Assembly (NCBI GenBank): GCA_963693365.1
Contig: CAVNZM010000003.1
Coordinates: 8,303,312-8,367,311 of the forward strand
Source: Amoebidium appalachense
Lineage: Eukaryota > Protista > Ichthyosporea
Length of the DNA stretch: 64,000 bases
Direction of reading: 5' to 3'
The notes below the pieces were generated by a model that saw only the letters and a program-made list of their open reading frames with translations, searched no databases and was not told the DNA's origin. The position numbers and the translations under genes were made by a program. Positions 1 through 25,100 of the stretch are shown here, one piece after another. The number at the start of each line of letters is the position of its first letter. Position 1 is the first letter of the stretch.

Positions 1-75
1 TGTGCTGGAATGTGGCCAATTAATCGGCCTAAAAGAAACACCCTTTAATGCTGACCTCACCCCTCGTTTCCACAG

Positions 76-160
76 AGCACGTGCACACGATCAAGGTGGA
101 GGGGGCATGGGGGGACCAGTACGAACTGGATGACTACAGTGAAGAGAAACGGACAATTAG
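76..160 (+). CDS. Probable internal or near-terminal exon of an unidentified gene entering from upstream of the window
   Basis: ttccacAG|...AG|GTactt boundaries enclose a non-repetitive open frame (EHVHTIKVEGAWGDQYELDDYSEEKRTI). No family recognised. Confidence 0.4.
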
Positions 161-1356
161 GTACTTTACACTGAGACACAGGCAGCGACGTCAGGGTTGC
201 CTGATATGGAAGGTGTGGTGGGGGGGGGTGGGGGTGGGGGGGGGGGGGGGGGAGGGGGAGGGAGTGGGGGGGGGTGGATTGCATGACCTAAAATTGTGTA
301 TGGTAGTGTGCACGTGTGTGTAAATGCTTGGGTAGGGGGGGTTCTATTTTATTTTAGTAGTGTTTACATCGTGGAATCCTATGTGATATTCAAATATTTA
401 GTAGGAAGTTGGTAATCATAATAATCTGATATTCATGAGTTTGGCACAACTTGGTGGTGTAGTGGTAGCGAATACATAAATACAGAAATGCAGTTGGTTC
501 CTGAACTGAAGTTTTGTAACAACCACAGGGGAACGTGTTATAATGCATAGGCAGAATGTGGTAGATAGTTATACTGGAACTGTATCTAGGTTCATGCACA
601 AGAACACCTAACGGCGTCGGTAGGTTTTTCTTTTTTTGTTTTTTGTTTTTTTTAAAAAAAAAAGGTTGCTATGACGCCACAAACAGTTCTTGATTAAATT
701 TGTAGAAGTATGTAATTGCTCGATAATGCCGAGATAATAAAAAGAGAAATGTATGAAAACAGTGTTGTCGTTTTGCGTACACTCAGTCGACGAATACATG
801 TGCCCAACATGCACAGCATGCGCCTGATGCTATCGTTCGGATGTGCTGGCTCAAAGCACGGCTCTCTGCTGTCATGTGTATACGAGTGTCTGTTTGTGCT
901 TGCATGCCTGTTTACTTACATACATGTACGTGCATGTGTGCGTGCATGCATGCGTGTTTCGTGTTTTCTTTTTCTTAGTCTTTTTTTTTCTTTTCTTTTC
1001 TTTTCTTTATTTTTCTTTCGTTCTTTCTTTCTTTCTTTTTTTTTTGTGTGTGTGTGTGGGGGGGGGGGGGGGGGGGGGGGGAGGGGGGGGGGAGGGGGGG
1101 GGGGGGGGGGGGGGGGGGAAGAAGGGGGGGGGGGGGGGGGGGGGTTGTACTAATCTGCACATGTGTTGCTCGTGCTGGGATGGGTGTGTTCGGTGGTTGC
1201 ACGCATGCCACCCGGCTGCCCGGCCTGCACGGTGTGTGCACGTGCACATGCCCGTAATACCGTCCCTCCTTCGTCCAGCCTATTGGAGATAACCGTATCG
1301 TCTGGACGGTGGAATTCCGTGTGTGCTTGCATGCACGTGTGCGTGCGTGCGCGCGC

Positions 1357-1447
<91 letters not shown>

Positions 1448-2790
1448 GTTGAACGCTACAAGTAACATTATTTATGTCGATTTTTTATAATCGACCCCAA
1501 AAGTTTCGTCGATTATTTCAGGAAGTTCAACGAGGGGAGCACATCGGAGCCTCACTTGCACATTTTCAAAAGGATAATAACGTTCATAAAACAAACAAAT
1601 GCATCCCAAATGCCATTCCCAAGTTTTATGCCCCGGTCAACATGTACATGTAGTATCTTGTGTGTAACAATTCCAAAATATGCATGCACTAAAAAAGTAC
1701 TGAGCCACGACCCAAACAGTGCTGCATATGAAAAGCTTTTATAAAGTACTTCAAAATTAAAGTTGTAGTAATTTAGTTAGTGAGTCAAGAAGGGGCGCAC
1801 ATGTGTTTGTGTATATTATATATACTACGTAGCTCAGGCAACCATGTGTGCGTATACGTATGGGCATGCCCTATGTTGCAAGCTTAACCCTGATTCAGAA
1901 TTCTGGAAAGCTTGCAAACTTGCTTGAGGAGGGAAAAAGATATCTATTGCATCGGGAGACTTCGTGTCTCTGGGCCTGGTCGTCACACGTAGTACATGTA
2001 CGGTGGCTGCACTTGGGATCCGAAGGACTGTGTGTGTAGTTTAAATTTGGTATGTACTGGACAAACGAACCTCAAGAGGGGGGGGGGGGGGGGGGGGGGG
2101 AGGGGGGAGGAGAAGAGGGGAGGAAGGGAGGGAAGGGAAAGGGGGGAAGGGCGGGGGGGCATGCATACATAGCTAGGTATAAAGTCCGACTACGGTGGCA
2201 TGCATGATGTTTAGAAAGTGAGTGTAGCCCATGAAAATTTATCATTGTTTTGCACTCTTCCTTGTACCGTTTCTAGCCCGTGGAGACGGCCGTGGATTCT
2301 CCCCACAAACTGACAAAACGTAACGTAGCCTACCGGCACCTCTCCGGCTCACGGACCAAGGCGAGTCACGGTCCTTGCGGCAGGCACTGGCAGCGGCTGA
2401 CTGGCTGTTCGATTGAAAGATCTATTACATAGATGAAAAAGATCCACAGTACTTTATGTAAAAATAATGAGCGTCTCTATTTTATAATTTTGATGTTATG
2501 GTGTATTGCAAACATTTTCAGACTCTTAGTTGCTGACATCGTTTTCCTTTTCTTTTTCTCCCCTCTCCGTACGTTTTATTCGATATCCGATCCGGTGCAA
2601 CAGAAGAACGCAGATCATTGCGCGATGCCTTTGTGTTTACCCTCTGGTATGCAAAATTCGCCTTTTTAATCGTTCTAATTGGTTAAAACACTAAACGTCT
2701 TTTAATTGGTCGTAAATCCTACCATGGACCTGGCCATGGTATTTGCTCGAGCCGCATGTACGTACAAACACCGCATTCCATTCGAATCGG

Positions 2791-2797
2791 TATAAAA
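2791..2797 (+). promoter_or_regulatory. TATA box of the chitinase gene
   Basis: TATAAAA lies ~110 bp upstream of the ATG at 2901. Inverted CCAAT (ATTGG) motifs occur at ~2678 and ~2705. Confidence 0.5.
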
Positions 2798-2900
2798 GCG
2801 TCTCTTGGGCATCCCTTTTTTCACGCTCACTTCGAGTGACAGCGATGTTCACGCATATTCACGCATCACCGAAGGCAACAAGAAAGTTTAAAACGACATC

Positions 2901-3213
2901 ATGCATATAAGTATATATCTGTTTCTTGGGGCGGCGCTAGCTCTTTGTAGTTCAGTGACCGCCCAAAACGCAGCTGCGGACAGTTGCTTGGCAGAATGGG
3001 CTCAGTGTGGTGGAAATGGTTTTAGCACTACTCTCTCATGCTGTGCAGGTACTGTGTGCGTGGCACAGGGTGAATGGTGGTCTTCATGTCAAGTTCAAAC
3101 TGGTGTTGTTTCATCCACACCCATTCCTTCACCCACCACCACCACCGCCACCACCACCACCGTAACAACCCCGGCCACAACAACAACCACAATCCCTACA
3201 ACAACACCAACTC

Positions 3214-3244
<31 letters not shown>

Positions 3245-4329
3245 AACAGCAACAACAACTAACCCAACCACCACAACCACCGTTCCAAGCACAACCACAA
3301 CTACGGCAAGCCCCGGTGCATGCATTGCCGCGTACGGGCAATGTGGAGGTGAAGGTTTTGTCACAACTCTTACCTGCTGTCCTGGCTATGTGTGCCTAGG
3401 CACACAGTGGTGGATGTCTTGTCAGCCGGGCACCGTTCCTCCACCCACCACCACCACCACCATCAAACCTACCACCACCACCACCACCACTACAACCACA
3501 ACAACAACATTCAAAACAACCACAACAACACCCAAAACAACCACAACAACACCCAAAACAACAACAACAACAACCAAAACAACAACAACAACAACCAAAA
3601 CAACAACAACAACAACCAAAACCACAACCACCACCAAGATTAGCACCACCACCACCACCGTTTCGCCGACCACCACTACTGCTAAGACGACGACCGTGCT
3701 CCCTACGACAACTACCACACGCACAACGACAACTTTGGTAAGGTTTCTGTATAGTTGCGTTTTGACTTAGCACGATACTCGTATGCACACGGACCATACA
3801 CGCAGGTTTTCTTTCCTCCCTTCCCCTTGTATTTTCTTTTACTTGTACTTTTGAATTTTGTTTCGGCAATAAGTACTATTACACAATGCATTCTTTTCTA
3901 TTCTTTTTTATTTTTATTGTTTACTTTTTATCTCTTTTCTTTTCTGTTTTTTTCTATTCGCACCCGCTGTGTCGCATCCTTTATAGCTCAAAACACTTAC
4001 CGCTTGCACCCCCCTTGAATGTCATTGAATAATGCCTCATAAGGTTATCTAGTATGTTAGCTTCAACTTTTGAGAAGTCACCTGGATCTCTGACTTACTA
4101 GCACTATGTAAACCGGGCCGAGACCGAGTAGAAACCCATGTTACTCTTTCAAGCACTATTCTTACATTTCACACATTCTATACCCACAGGCACCTACCAC
4201 CACCACACCCGGCCCCCAGCCCAGCCAATACGATTGCAGTTTCCCCGTGCTGCAATGGAGCAGCAAATACGTCTATGATGGCAACACCCTCGTGTACTTC
4301 AACATGACCCTTTACAAGTACGTATTTTT

Positions 4330-4365
<36 letters not shown>

Positions 4366-4442
4366 ACCCCCCCCCTCCCCCCCCCCCCCCCTCTCCCCAA
4401 CACACCAACACATACACACACACACCCCCAGGTCTCCCCATC

Positions 4443-4476
<34 letters not shown>

Positions 4477-5450
4477 CGCCTCCACCCATGAACACGAACA
4501 CACCACCCCGACCCTCACTCTCTTTGTTCCCATCTTACCCTCAACCCACTACCCATCCTCTACACCCTCTTCCACTTCTTTCACCATGCGCCATTTCTAC
4601 AACCACAAATAACTTTCCCCCTCGACTCTTTCTTCCTCCCACCTCCCCACCCATTTCGCCAAGGATAAATTTTTTTCCCTCTACAACCCCCGGTAGCTCT
4701 TCTTGCCATCATCTATATACCTTTCCCCCGTTCCCCCCTCCTCCTCCCTCCTCCCTTTACCCCTCATCGGATTCCGCCCCTTCTTCCTCTTCACCATTCT
4801 CACACACACACCCCCCTCCCCCCCCCCTCCCCCCCCTCCCCCTCCCCCCCCCCCTCCCCCCCTTTCCCCCACAGGAATTCCTACTACTCCCAGGGCACCA
4901 ACCCCTCCACCGACACGAGTGGCAACTGGAAGATGATTGGTCCCTGCCAGCCATTCAGCAATGCACCCTATGTGCCCCCTAAGAGGGTGGTGGGTGGTTA
5001 CTACACTAACTGGGCGCAGTATAGGAGCGTCAAATACTTGCCCGAGGTGGGTTTTTGTTTATTCGCCCCCTCTCCGTCTTTCCCGGGGCATCCCACTACA
5101 TACATTTATATATGCACACTCACACACATGCACTCCGTGGCCATGAACACGTACGTGCCGTGGCACATGCACGCATATGCACACACACTCATACACACAC
5201 ATTTCCGTAGGAAAGATTGACATTGTGCCACACAGAACAAAACGTACTTCCTGCTCCTCTTTACGCCCCACCCAGTTTTTTTTCTCTAAACAATAGTCGG
5301 TTTTTGTGGCTAACACTCCCACCAACCCCTCCCCCCCCCCCCCCCCCCTCCCCTCCCCTTCCCCCCCCCCCCCCCCCGGCCCAGTCTCCCCCCCCCCCCC
5401 CCCCCCCCCCCCCAAACACACATACACATACACACACACACACACCCTCC

Positions 5451-5497
<47 letters not shown>

Positions 5498-5923
5498 ACA
5501 CACACATACACAGAACGTTGATGCCACCATGCTCACCCATCTCCTCTACGCCTTTGGGCTCATCAACCAAGACCTGACTCTCGCCCCCTTCGAGTGGAAT
5601 GACGTGCGTACGGATGTGGGCTACACACAGGCCATGTACTATCGCCTTCAGAAGCATGCACGCCAACAGAACCCAAAAATTAAGATCCTTCTCTCGTACG
5701 TACCAATCCCCCCCTTCCCCCTCCCCCCATCCCCCTTCTCCCCTGCCCCTCTCCTCCCTAACCCTTCCCCTCCCCCCCTCCCCCCCCCCCTGCGCCTCCT
5801 CTCCCCGTTCCCGTGCGCCCCTCTCGTTCCCTGGCACATCCCTCCTTCTCCCCTACCCTCCCCCCCATCCCCCCCCTGCCCCACATCTACCACCACCACG
5901 ACCACATGAATCCTCTCTCTCAC

Positions 5924-5956
<33 letters not shown>

Positions 5957-5989
5957 TCTCCCCATAATACACACAGACACACTCATCCC

Positions 5990-6022
<33 letters not shown>

Positions 6023-6482
6023 CAAAAAAAACACTCCCGTCGGCCCTCGTGGAAACATCTTTTCCTGCCTGATTTCCCGCCCTTCTTCCAGGCTTGGTGG
6101 GTGGAATTTCAGCAAGGGCACAGGCCCAGGAGCCACAACATGGACCAAGGATGTTTTCCCATCAGCAATCAAACCGGAGAACAGGGAGAGGTTCTGCTGG
6201 AATGTGGCTGCATTTATCAGAGAGCACAATTTTGACGGCGTTGATTTTGATTGGGTGGGTTGATCCCTCCCTCCCTCCCTCCCTTCCCCCCCCCCCCCCC
6301 CACAAAAAAAAAAAAAAAAAAAACACACACACCCTCCCCCTGGCAAACCCCCACCCAATACACAGCCACACACACTACACATACATACAAATATATTCCC
6401 TGATTGGCTCTCTACAAATATGCATACACCCATTTGTGAAGCTCGCTCTTCCGAGACTCTTGCCTCCCCCCCCCCCCTCCCC

Positions 6483-6513
<31 letters not shown>

Positions 6514-6995
6514 CAACACACACACACACACACACACACACCTCCCCTGCCCTCTCCCCGTCTCCCTTTCTCTCCCGAGAATACACAAGCCCGTCTACCT
6601 CCCATCCCCCCCCCCCCCCCCCCCCCCCCCTTTCAAACCCCCTTCCCCCCCTTCCCACCCTCCCGCCAAACAAAACTCACACGCATAACTATCCAATCCC
6701 AGGAATATCCCGGCAACATTGAGGACGGCTATCCCGACCAATCAGCCCAGAAGGATGGCTTTACTGGCCTCGTGAGCACGTGCCGCAGTGTGTTCACCCA
6801 AGAGGCCACTAAGAGTAACCGTACCCCCCTGATCTTCACCATGGCCACGATGGCTGACCAGAACAAACTTAACACCGCATACGACATCCCCCAGGCACGG
6901 ACCCCCCCCCCCCCCCCACCATACACATGCCCCCCTCCCCACCCCTCCCCCCTCCCAAGTCTTCTCCAACCCGTCCCTCCCCCCCCCCCCCCCCT

Positions 6996-7036
<41 letters not shown>

Positions 7037-7130
7037 TTCCGCCGCCGCCTTCCGGATCCCCTTAGCCTTGACCTCTCCCCCTCCCCCACTATTCCGTTCC
7101 ACTCTTCCCCCGTACAATAATGGTTTTACG

Positions 7131-7168
<38 letters not shown>

Positions 7169-8060
7169 TTCCCCACCCCTCCCCGCCCCCCGGGCCCATC
7201 CCCCCTCCCTTCCACCAAAAAACACGGACACACATTTCAGCAGTATCACCACCATCAACATGCACACAACCCCCCCCCCCCCCCTCCCCCTTCTCCCCCC
7301 CCCCCCCCGTCTCCCTCTCCCCGTCCCCCTCTCCCGTCCCCTCTAACCTACCCCCCCCCCTCTCCGCCCATATACACACAAACACCACACCCACACACAC
7401 AAGTACATTCAACCACACCCCTGCCCTCGATCTCCCCCCATCCCTTTTCCACCTCCTTCATCACTTAACCACTGAGTATCAGAGTGTCACGGATTCTAAC
7501 CTGATGTTTTGATTGGCTACGTATACAGGTCAGCAAGTCCATGGACCATATCTTCGTCATGACCTACGACCTATACGGTGCATGGGACCCCGTTGCTAGA
7601 CCCGACACCGCCCTTACACCCCCCTCCCGCCCTCGCCGGCGAGGACCAATCAAAGCTCTTCTCCGTACAGCGCAGTATCCAAGCATGGAAGGACATGGGT
7701 GCACCAGCCAATAAGATCGTTGTTGGATTAGCCTCTTATGGCAGGTGTATGTACCTGGCAGATTCCTCACTTCCTCTGAGCCAATCAAACATCAACGCAC
7801 TTCAAGCCCAGCCGTCGAAACCCCCCACCGGAAAAGAAAACGGACTTGTCACCGAGGAGGGGGGGTTCTTGGCGTCCTACGAAATTGATCAGCTGGCGAC
7901 TAGGGGGACCAGTGGCTATGACGTCAACACCCACACACAGATAGTGCAGTGGCGCATGAGTGATGGCCGGTTGGCCTGGTGTGGCTACGATACCCCCTCT
8001 ACCCTCAGTGAAAAGGTCAAGATGCTGGTGCAGGACCCCAACGGCCCGGGTATGAGCCCC

Positions 8061-8107
<47 letters not shown>

Positions 8108-8251
8108 CACACACACACACACCACCACCACAACCCCCACCCCCACCCCCCCACACCACCCCCTGTTTGCGCTCCTGGAGTTTTCAGAAGTCTCTCTCTA
8201 TTCCTCCATTTTCCATAGATTTACTGCTCCACCCCCCCCCCCCCCCCCCCC

Positions 8252-8317
<66 letters not shown>

Positions 8318-8427
8318 CCCACCACCAAAAATGGCCCATCCCCACTTTGCCTAACCTCAATCCTCAGCCCCCAGCTACCTACACATTTTTTGAGTAAGAT
8401 AAAAAGACGGGGTGGTTGTGATATAGA

Positions 8428-8466
<39 letters not shown>

Positions 8467-8722
8467 TGTGTATGTGTGTGTGTTATGTGCAGACGTGTAC
8501 TATGATGTATGCAGTCCTTCTGGTACCTGTACTAATTTATTGCAGGAGTGTAATACTGACCCCCCCCCCCCCCCCCCCCCCCCTCCCCCCCTCCCCTCTC
8601 CCTCTCCCCCGGCAGGCCAGGGCGGTGCATTCTTCTGGGCCCTCGACCTCGATAACTTCATCACAGCCAACCATCCCTTGGTCAAGTCCGTGTCGGATAT
8701 CCTCATGCCGGAGAACGCGTGA
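2901..8722 (+). CDS. Secreted modular GH18 chitinase: signal peptide, CBM1, Thr-rich linker, CBM1, Thr/Lys linker, CBM5/12 chitin-binding module, GH18 catalytic domain (8 exons)
   Basis: Exons 2901-3737, 4190-4317, 4875-5046, 5514-5695, 6092-6254, 6703-6894, 7529-8049, 8616-8722 have consistent phases. Motifs: QCGG...CC...C...WW.SC twice (CBM1); WSSKYVYDGNTLVYFNMTLYKNSYYSQGTNP...GNWKMIGPC (CBM5/12-like); GYYTNWAQYR, THLLYAF, KILLSLGGW, catalytic FDGVDFDWEYP, MTYDLYGAW, KIVVGLASYGR, GGAFFWALDLD. One extra base in the C6 run at 7619-7624 shifts the frame. Confidence 0.93.
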
Positions 8723-10345
8723 GATAGTCCCAAGAAATTCTAGTCTCCCTATAGCTATACCATACCATGTAGGTTCGCTGGTCAGGAATTGTGACGAAGT
8801 TCCGGAGTCATTTTCACGTTAGAAAGAAAGTATTTGTGAACTTCTGTATTTCTGTTTGGATACGTATTGATTCTGATTTTAGGGTGTTTGGATATGCTTC
8901 TAGCAAAACTTCAGTTGTGCTATAGACGGAGGGAGATAATGGATAGATAGTTACACCGGTAGCAATTAACAAGTTGCCAAGCTGGCTTGCTTAAATTAGG
9001 GGAGACTTGTTTCCCCCTGTTTTTGTGGAAAAAAGTGATAGCATTAAAAGCACATCTAGTCCTAGTGAAAGATGTACATGTACCATCACCACAATAGCTC
9101 AGGGTTTTCACAACACAGGATTTTGTTTTTTCGTGTTTGAATTCTTTTAATTGAATTTTTGCTGAATAATTGGCGCACGGGGCCTGGATGCCACCATTCG
9201 CTCGCCAGTATTTATTTACATATCACACATGGAGGACTCATCGAAGGAATGGCCATGAATAATTATTCTAACCATGCAAATATACGATAGCCATTTACCA
9301 GCGGCAGCTAGTGCATTCAAAATTTATCAACACGACAAAAATTTTATTAGTACTGTAGTATACGTAGCAGAAGAAAACAAAAACAAGTAGTTTCCAAATG
9401 CAATTGACATAGTGATGGCCCGATCGCAGATACACATACTGCCAAGCGCAAGCACACGTGTAACTTACACACGTGAGGCCCATGCATACGTAAAAACGCA
9501 TCATGCATATGGGCACACACGCATAGCCTTTGGAACGCACAACATGCATGCACACACATCACAGTTACATAATCATAACACGCATATGTCCCGGCCATGT
9601 TCACATTTGCGTGCATGCATGTGACATACACACTGTGTGGCCACCCACCCACCCACTGCTGTGGCAATCGTGTGTGCGGACACGCAGAAACGTCAGTATG
9701 AATTACCGAGGTGGACATGAAGCACGTCCACACGTTGTGCAGACACCCATGGATTATAATCATGAGTTTGAACGATCAAGTCCAACACACAAGAAAGACC
9801 ACTAATGGGCAGAGTGCACTTACCTTAGGCTTACCTGCCAGTGTTGTTTACGACAGGCTTTCGTTGCCACGTACATGATCGATGATCACACACGTATACG
9901 TGCGCATGCACAACCCATGCACAATCCTGAAAATTGTATGGTCCATTTTGATGTGTTATGGTGTCGCTCTGTGTGTGTGTGTGTGTGTGCGTGTGCGTGC
10001 GTGCATTGCACGGGACATTGTTCATCTTACACGGAGGGGGGGGGGGAGAGGGTTTGCCATAAGGGGGGGGGGGGGGTTGTACATGCGTGCAGCTTGGCAC
10101 ATCATGGAAATCAGGGCATACTATACGATCTCATTTATTGCTCAACACAACTTAACTACGGGTCGTCGCAGACGCCCCTCTTTCACGCCCTAAAAAATTA
10201 CACACCCCGCAGCCACTGTGATCGGTCTGGTGCACACACACACACAACAACCTCCGCACCTCGAAACCTCCTTGAAATCACCTCACAAACACACACACGT
10301 GCACGCACGTGCACACACCCAACCACCTCACACGTGCACACACAC

Positions 10346-21474
<11,129 letters not shown>

Positions 21475-22012
21475 GTTGCCAAGCCTCCACCGCGTGGGTC
21501 AGGAAGTGGTAGAAAGTCAAGAAAGAAGGCGAGGTCTACTTGTTTCACAAACACGGGCACCCCTATGTACGTGCGTGTGCCCCTCTACTCTCTCTCTCTT
21601 TCCCCCTGCCCCTTCAATGCATGCCCGCCCAAAGCCGATCCGATGCAGTCAATGACCGCCCCATGCCCGAGGGGGGTTTATGCGTGGGTCAAGCCGCAAT
21701 TTAGGTCGTTTTTAGTAGATTTGGCTCATTTTGTGACTGCAAATTTTGAAACACCCCTTAGTAACCTATATTTGGAAGGTGTGGTTACTCTAGAGGGACA
21801 TGTACTAAAAGGACTCGGGGGTTTACGCTGTTTACTCGAGGCAAAGAGAACCAGTCTCAGGTATGGGGGGGGGGGTTTTGCTCGGAATATCCCCTCAGCG
21901 GTATATCATGATCACGTACATAGATGTCGGGTGGTGACTATATATCAGGGTTTACTTTCTCTACGAGACACCATAAAGACTACAAGGAGAAATCAATTAG
22001 TTGGGGTTCCCC

Positions 22013-22067
<55 letters not shown>

Positions 22068-22098
22068 GGCTCCCCTCGGGACACTCGGTATCAGCTGG

Positions 22099-22153
<55 letters not shown>

Positions 22154-22173
22154 TGTGTGTGTGTGCGCGTGCG

Positions 22174-25100
22174 CTATAATTTTGTAGTGATGTGTTTCTC
22201 AAGCCAATCAATACATCTAATAAACAGGTCGTAGTTACGCGTGTTTAGTATAAAATCAAGGATGTTGTAATTTACAGGTAGGCTATCTTTCTGGGTGTCT
22301 GTTGTGAATGTGACGTGTGTGTGTTGCGGTATTATGTGGTCTATCAAACTACATTTGGCGATACATGACCGGTTAAACTGGTGTGTGTGTGTGTTGTTTG
22401 GGCATGCAAATGATGCCACCTTATACTTATTAGATCTCCACTGTATAGCACGTGTACAGTAAAAGCGTGGTAATTGATCAATAATACCATCAGCTAGAGA
22501 AAGACCAGTTCTACAGGAAGGTAATATGTATTTAGGTGTTATACACTTGCGAGTGCCATATTTGGCAATATGGTTGAGGCGGTCAGTATATATAAAACGA
22601 GACATAAGGCTTAGTTTTTCAAGGTGTATGCTTTCATCGGGTCTAGTGTCGTTTGGTATCTTTTTCCATTTGTTATATTGCGTGATTATCTTGTGATTGT
22701 GTACATGTTTAATAAGTAAGTGGCAGTCCAAAGTCACACACACACTATTGCGGGGTTTATTTGTATTTGTGCCCAGGGGAGAAGGGGAGAGAGAGGGGAG
22801 GAAAGAGGGGAGAGGTGAGGAGGGGACAGGTCGGATAGAGAAGAGAGGGTGGGAGGGCAAATACTTCTTTAAGCGGCTTATGTGCTTATTGAATTTCAGC
22901 GCGAGATAGGATACTCTAGCAGCTATTGGGACCAGACCATATATCGAGAGCGTTACAGGCCCAGGTTTACAACAGTTGTTAGATAGAAAGGAGGCAACTT
23001 CTGCTTCAAGGAAATTTGCCAAGGGTTTAAGCGCTCTAGTTCTCTCTTTCTTGATCCAAGCGGCGAGAAGGGGTAAACCATATTCACATGCCGGGAAGAC
23101 AAAAGTGCGAATAAATGTAAGTCTAATAGAAGGATGGAGGGGTGTGTCTTTAAAAATATTAGCCGAGAAGAAAGCTAACCGCTTACGAGCCAACTCTACC
23201 CTCTTTTCGACCATATGGGGAAACATAACACCAACAGAATCAACCGGAACACCAAGATATTTGTATTCTGGAACTATAGGTACAGGTTTAGATGATAATG
23301 TAAATGTGTGTAAATTGTTAGCTATATCAGGTACAAGAACACCACATTTGTCTATGTTAAGGATCATAAGGTTTGCCTTGCACCACTCTGACACTACATC
23401 GAACAATCTTTGCAGGCGTCTAGGGGTACGGGCAAGGAGGGACAGATCATCAGCATAGAGAAGTGCAGGCGGAAAGTTATTAATAGGGTCATCGTTTTCG
23501 GCGTAAATCTTGACAGCCAAATCATCTATAAATAGGTTAAACAAAAAGGGGCTAAGCAATGAGCCCTGCAAGAGACCTCTAGTACGAGCAAAACCATATG
23601 AAAGATGCCCATTAACCACAGCTCTACCATAGGTTTGAGACAAGAGTGCTTCTAACAGAACACCAATGCAGTGTGGTACACCCCGTGCAGCAAGCTTTTC
23701 CCATAGGAGACCAGGGGAGACAGAATCGTAAGCAGTTTTCCAATCAATAAAGCCAACATATTGTGCACCAACTTGCATAGAATCGTGCAGTGCCATTATT
23801 TGAACATAACATGAATTGTTTTTACGAAAAGCGGATTGGCATGGGTGTATGTGAAGAATAGATTGAAACCTAGGGTGATGTGCAAATAACCTAAGTAAGC
23901 AAGCTTCAAAGAATCTACGAACAACCTGGGTTAGTGTAATGGGGCGAAAGGATGATATGGGGCCCTCAGAGTCCTTCTTAACTATGGGGATCACTAAGGT
24001 ATCTAACCAAGATGACGGGACATGTCCACATTTAACACACCAAGAAAAGAGAGAGCTTAACATGATAGTAAGATCAGGTTTAATAGCACGATCACTTTCC
24101 TTTTGTGGGTAGGAGGGAACAAGGATTTTAAGAAACCCAGCAGGGAGTCCATCAGGTCCACAAGACTTACTAGAGCTATAACTAGATATCACAGACCATA
24201 TGGCATCGGGACTGAAAAAGGGGAGGATCGATTCTATGGGGATAGATGGGTCTACAGGCCACACAATAGGTTTCTGAGCGGGGGTCCTATCTTTAAACAG
24301 TTCCGAGAAATACTTATCAGAGTCTATGAGGGGGTCTCCAGTGGTATCACCAATAATACGAGCAGGGGGGCCAAATCGATTCATACTAGCAAGCCGGCGC
24401 AAGCTTTCCTTTTGAGACAGGGGTTCACCTAGTCTAGCGGGAGTGGTGTTTGGTAACAAGAGAGCATCGGGATATTCCTTCCTACCACCGCCAGCATAAT
24501 CACCGAGATCTATCAAATCATCAACAATAAAGTTAGTGCATGTATCTAGTACGAGATGTGAATCTGGCCTGGCTTGTGCAGATTCTAATAGGCGCATATA
24601 TATAGGGTGTTTCGTAGCATAGCATACACATACATCAACTCTACCCCACTGTGACTTAAGCTGGGATAGACGGAGGCGAAAGGTGGGAGGGGGAGGGGGG
24701 AGCAGATCAAGGGAGATCTTAGGTAGGAAAAGGATAGGAGAGTGGTCAGATGACCTAGAGAGGTTAGGAGGGAGAGAGAGTTTTGACATGGTTGATGGCC
24801 AAAAGGCCACTCCCCAGTCGGTGTTGTGGGCATGGGATATTTGAGGGAACCGCAAAGTGTGACTTTGGACATACCTTGCTAAAGGGATAGCACGCTCCGG
24901 GGGCTTAGATGGGTACCCGACACTCACTTGCAGTGTGTCTGTGTGGTGGAGTCGCGTGTTAAAATCACCTAAAATAACAGTGGACATTGGTAACTGTGAC
25001 AACTCGTGAGTCAATTCGACAACCGACATAGATGGTGGGTAATATACAAAAGTAAAAACATTAGAAAGAAACTCTATAGAAACCGAGAATTCCGTTTTTG

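Noticed and set aside
8230-8315. Very long poly(C)/poly(G) runs as individually functional G-quadruplex or i-motif elements
   Set aside because: They are ubiquitous here, and their lengths are unreliable in assemblies. No single run stands out.
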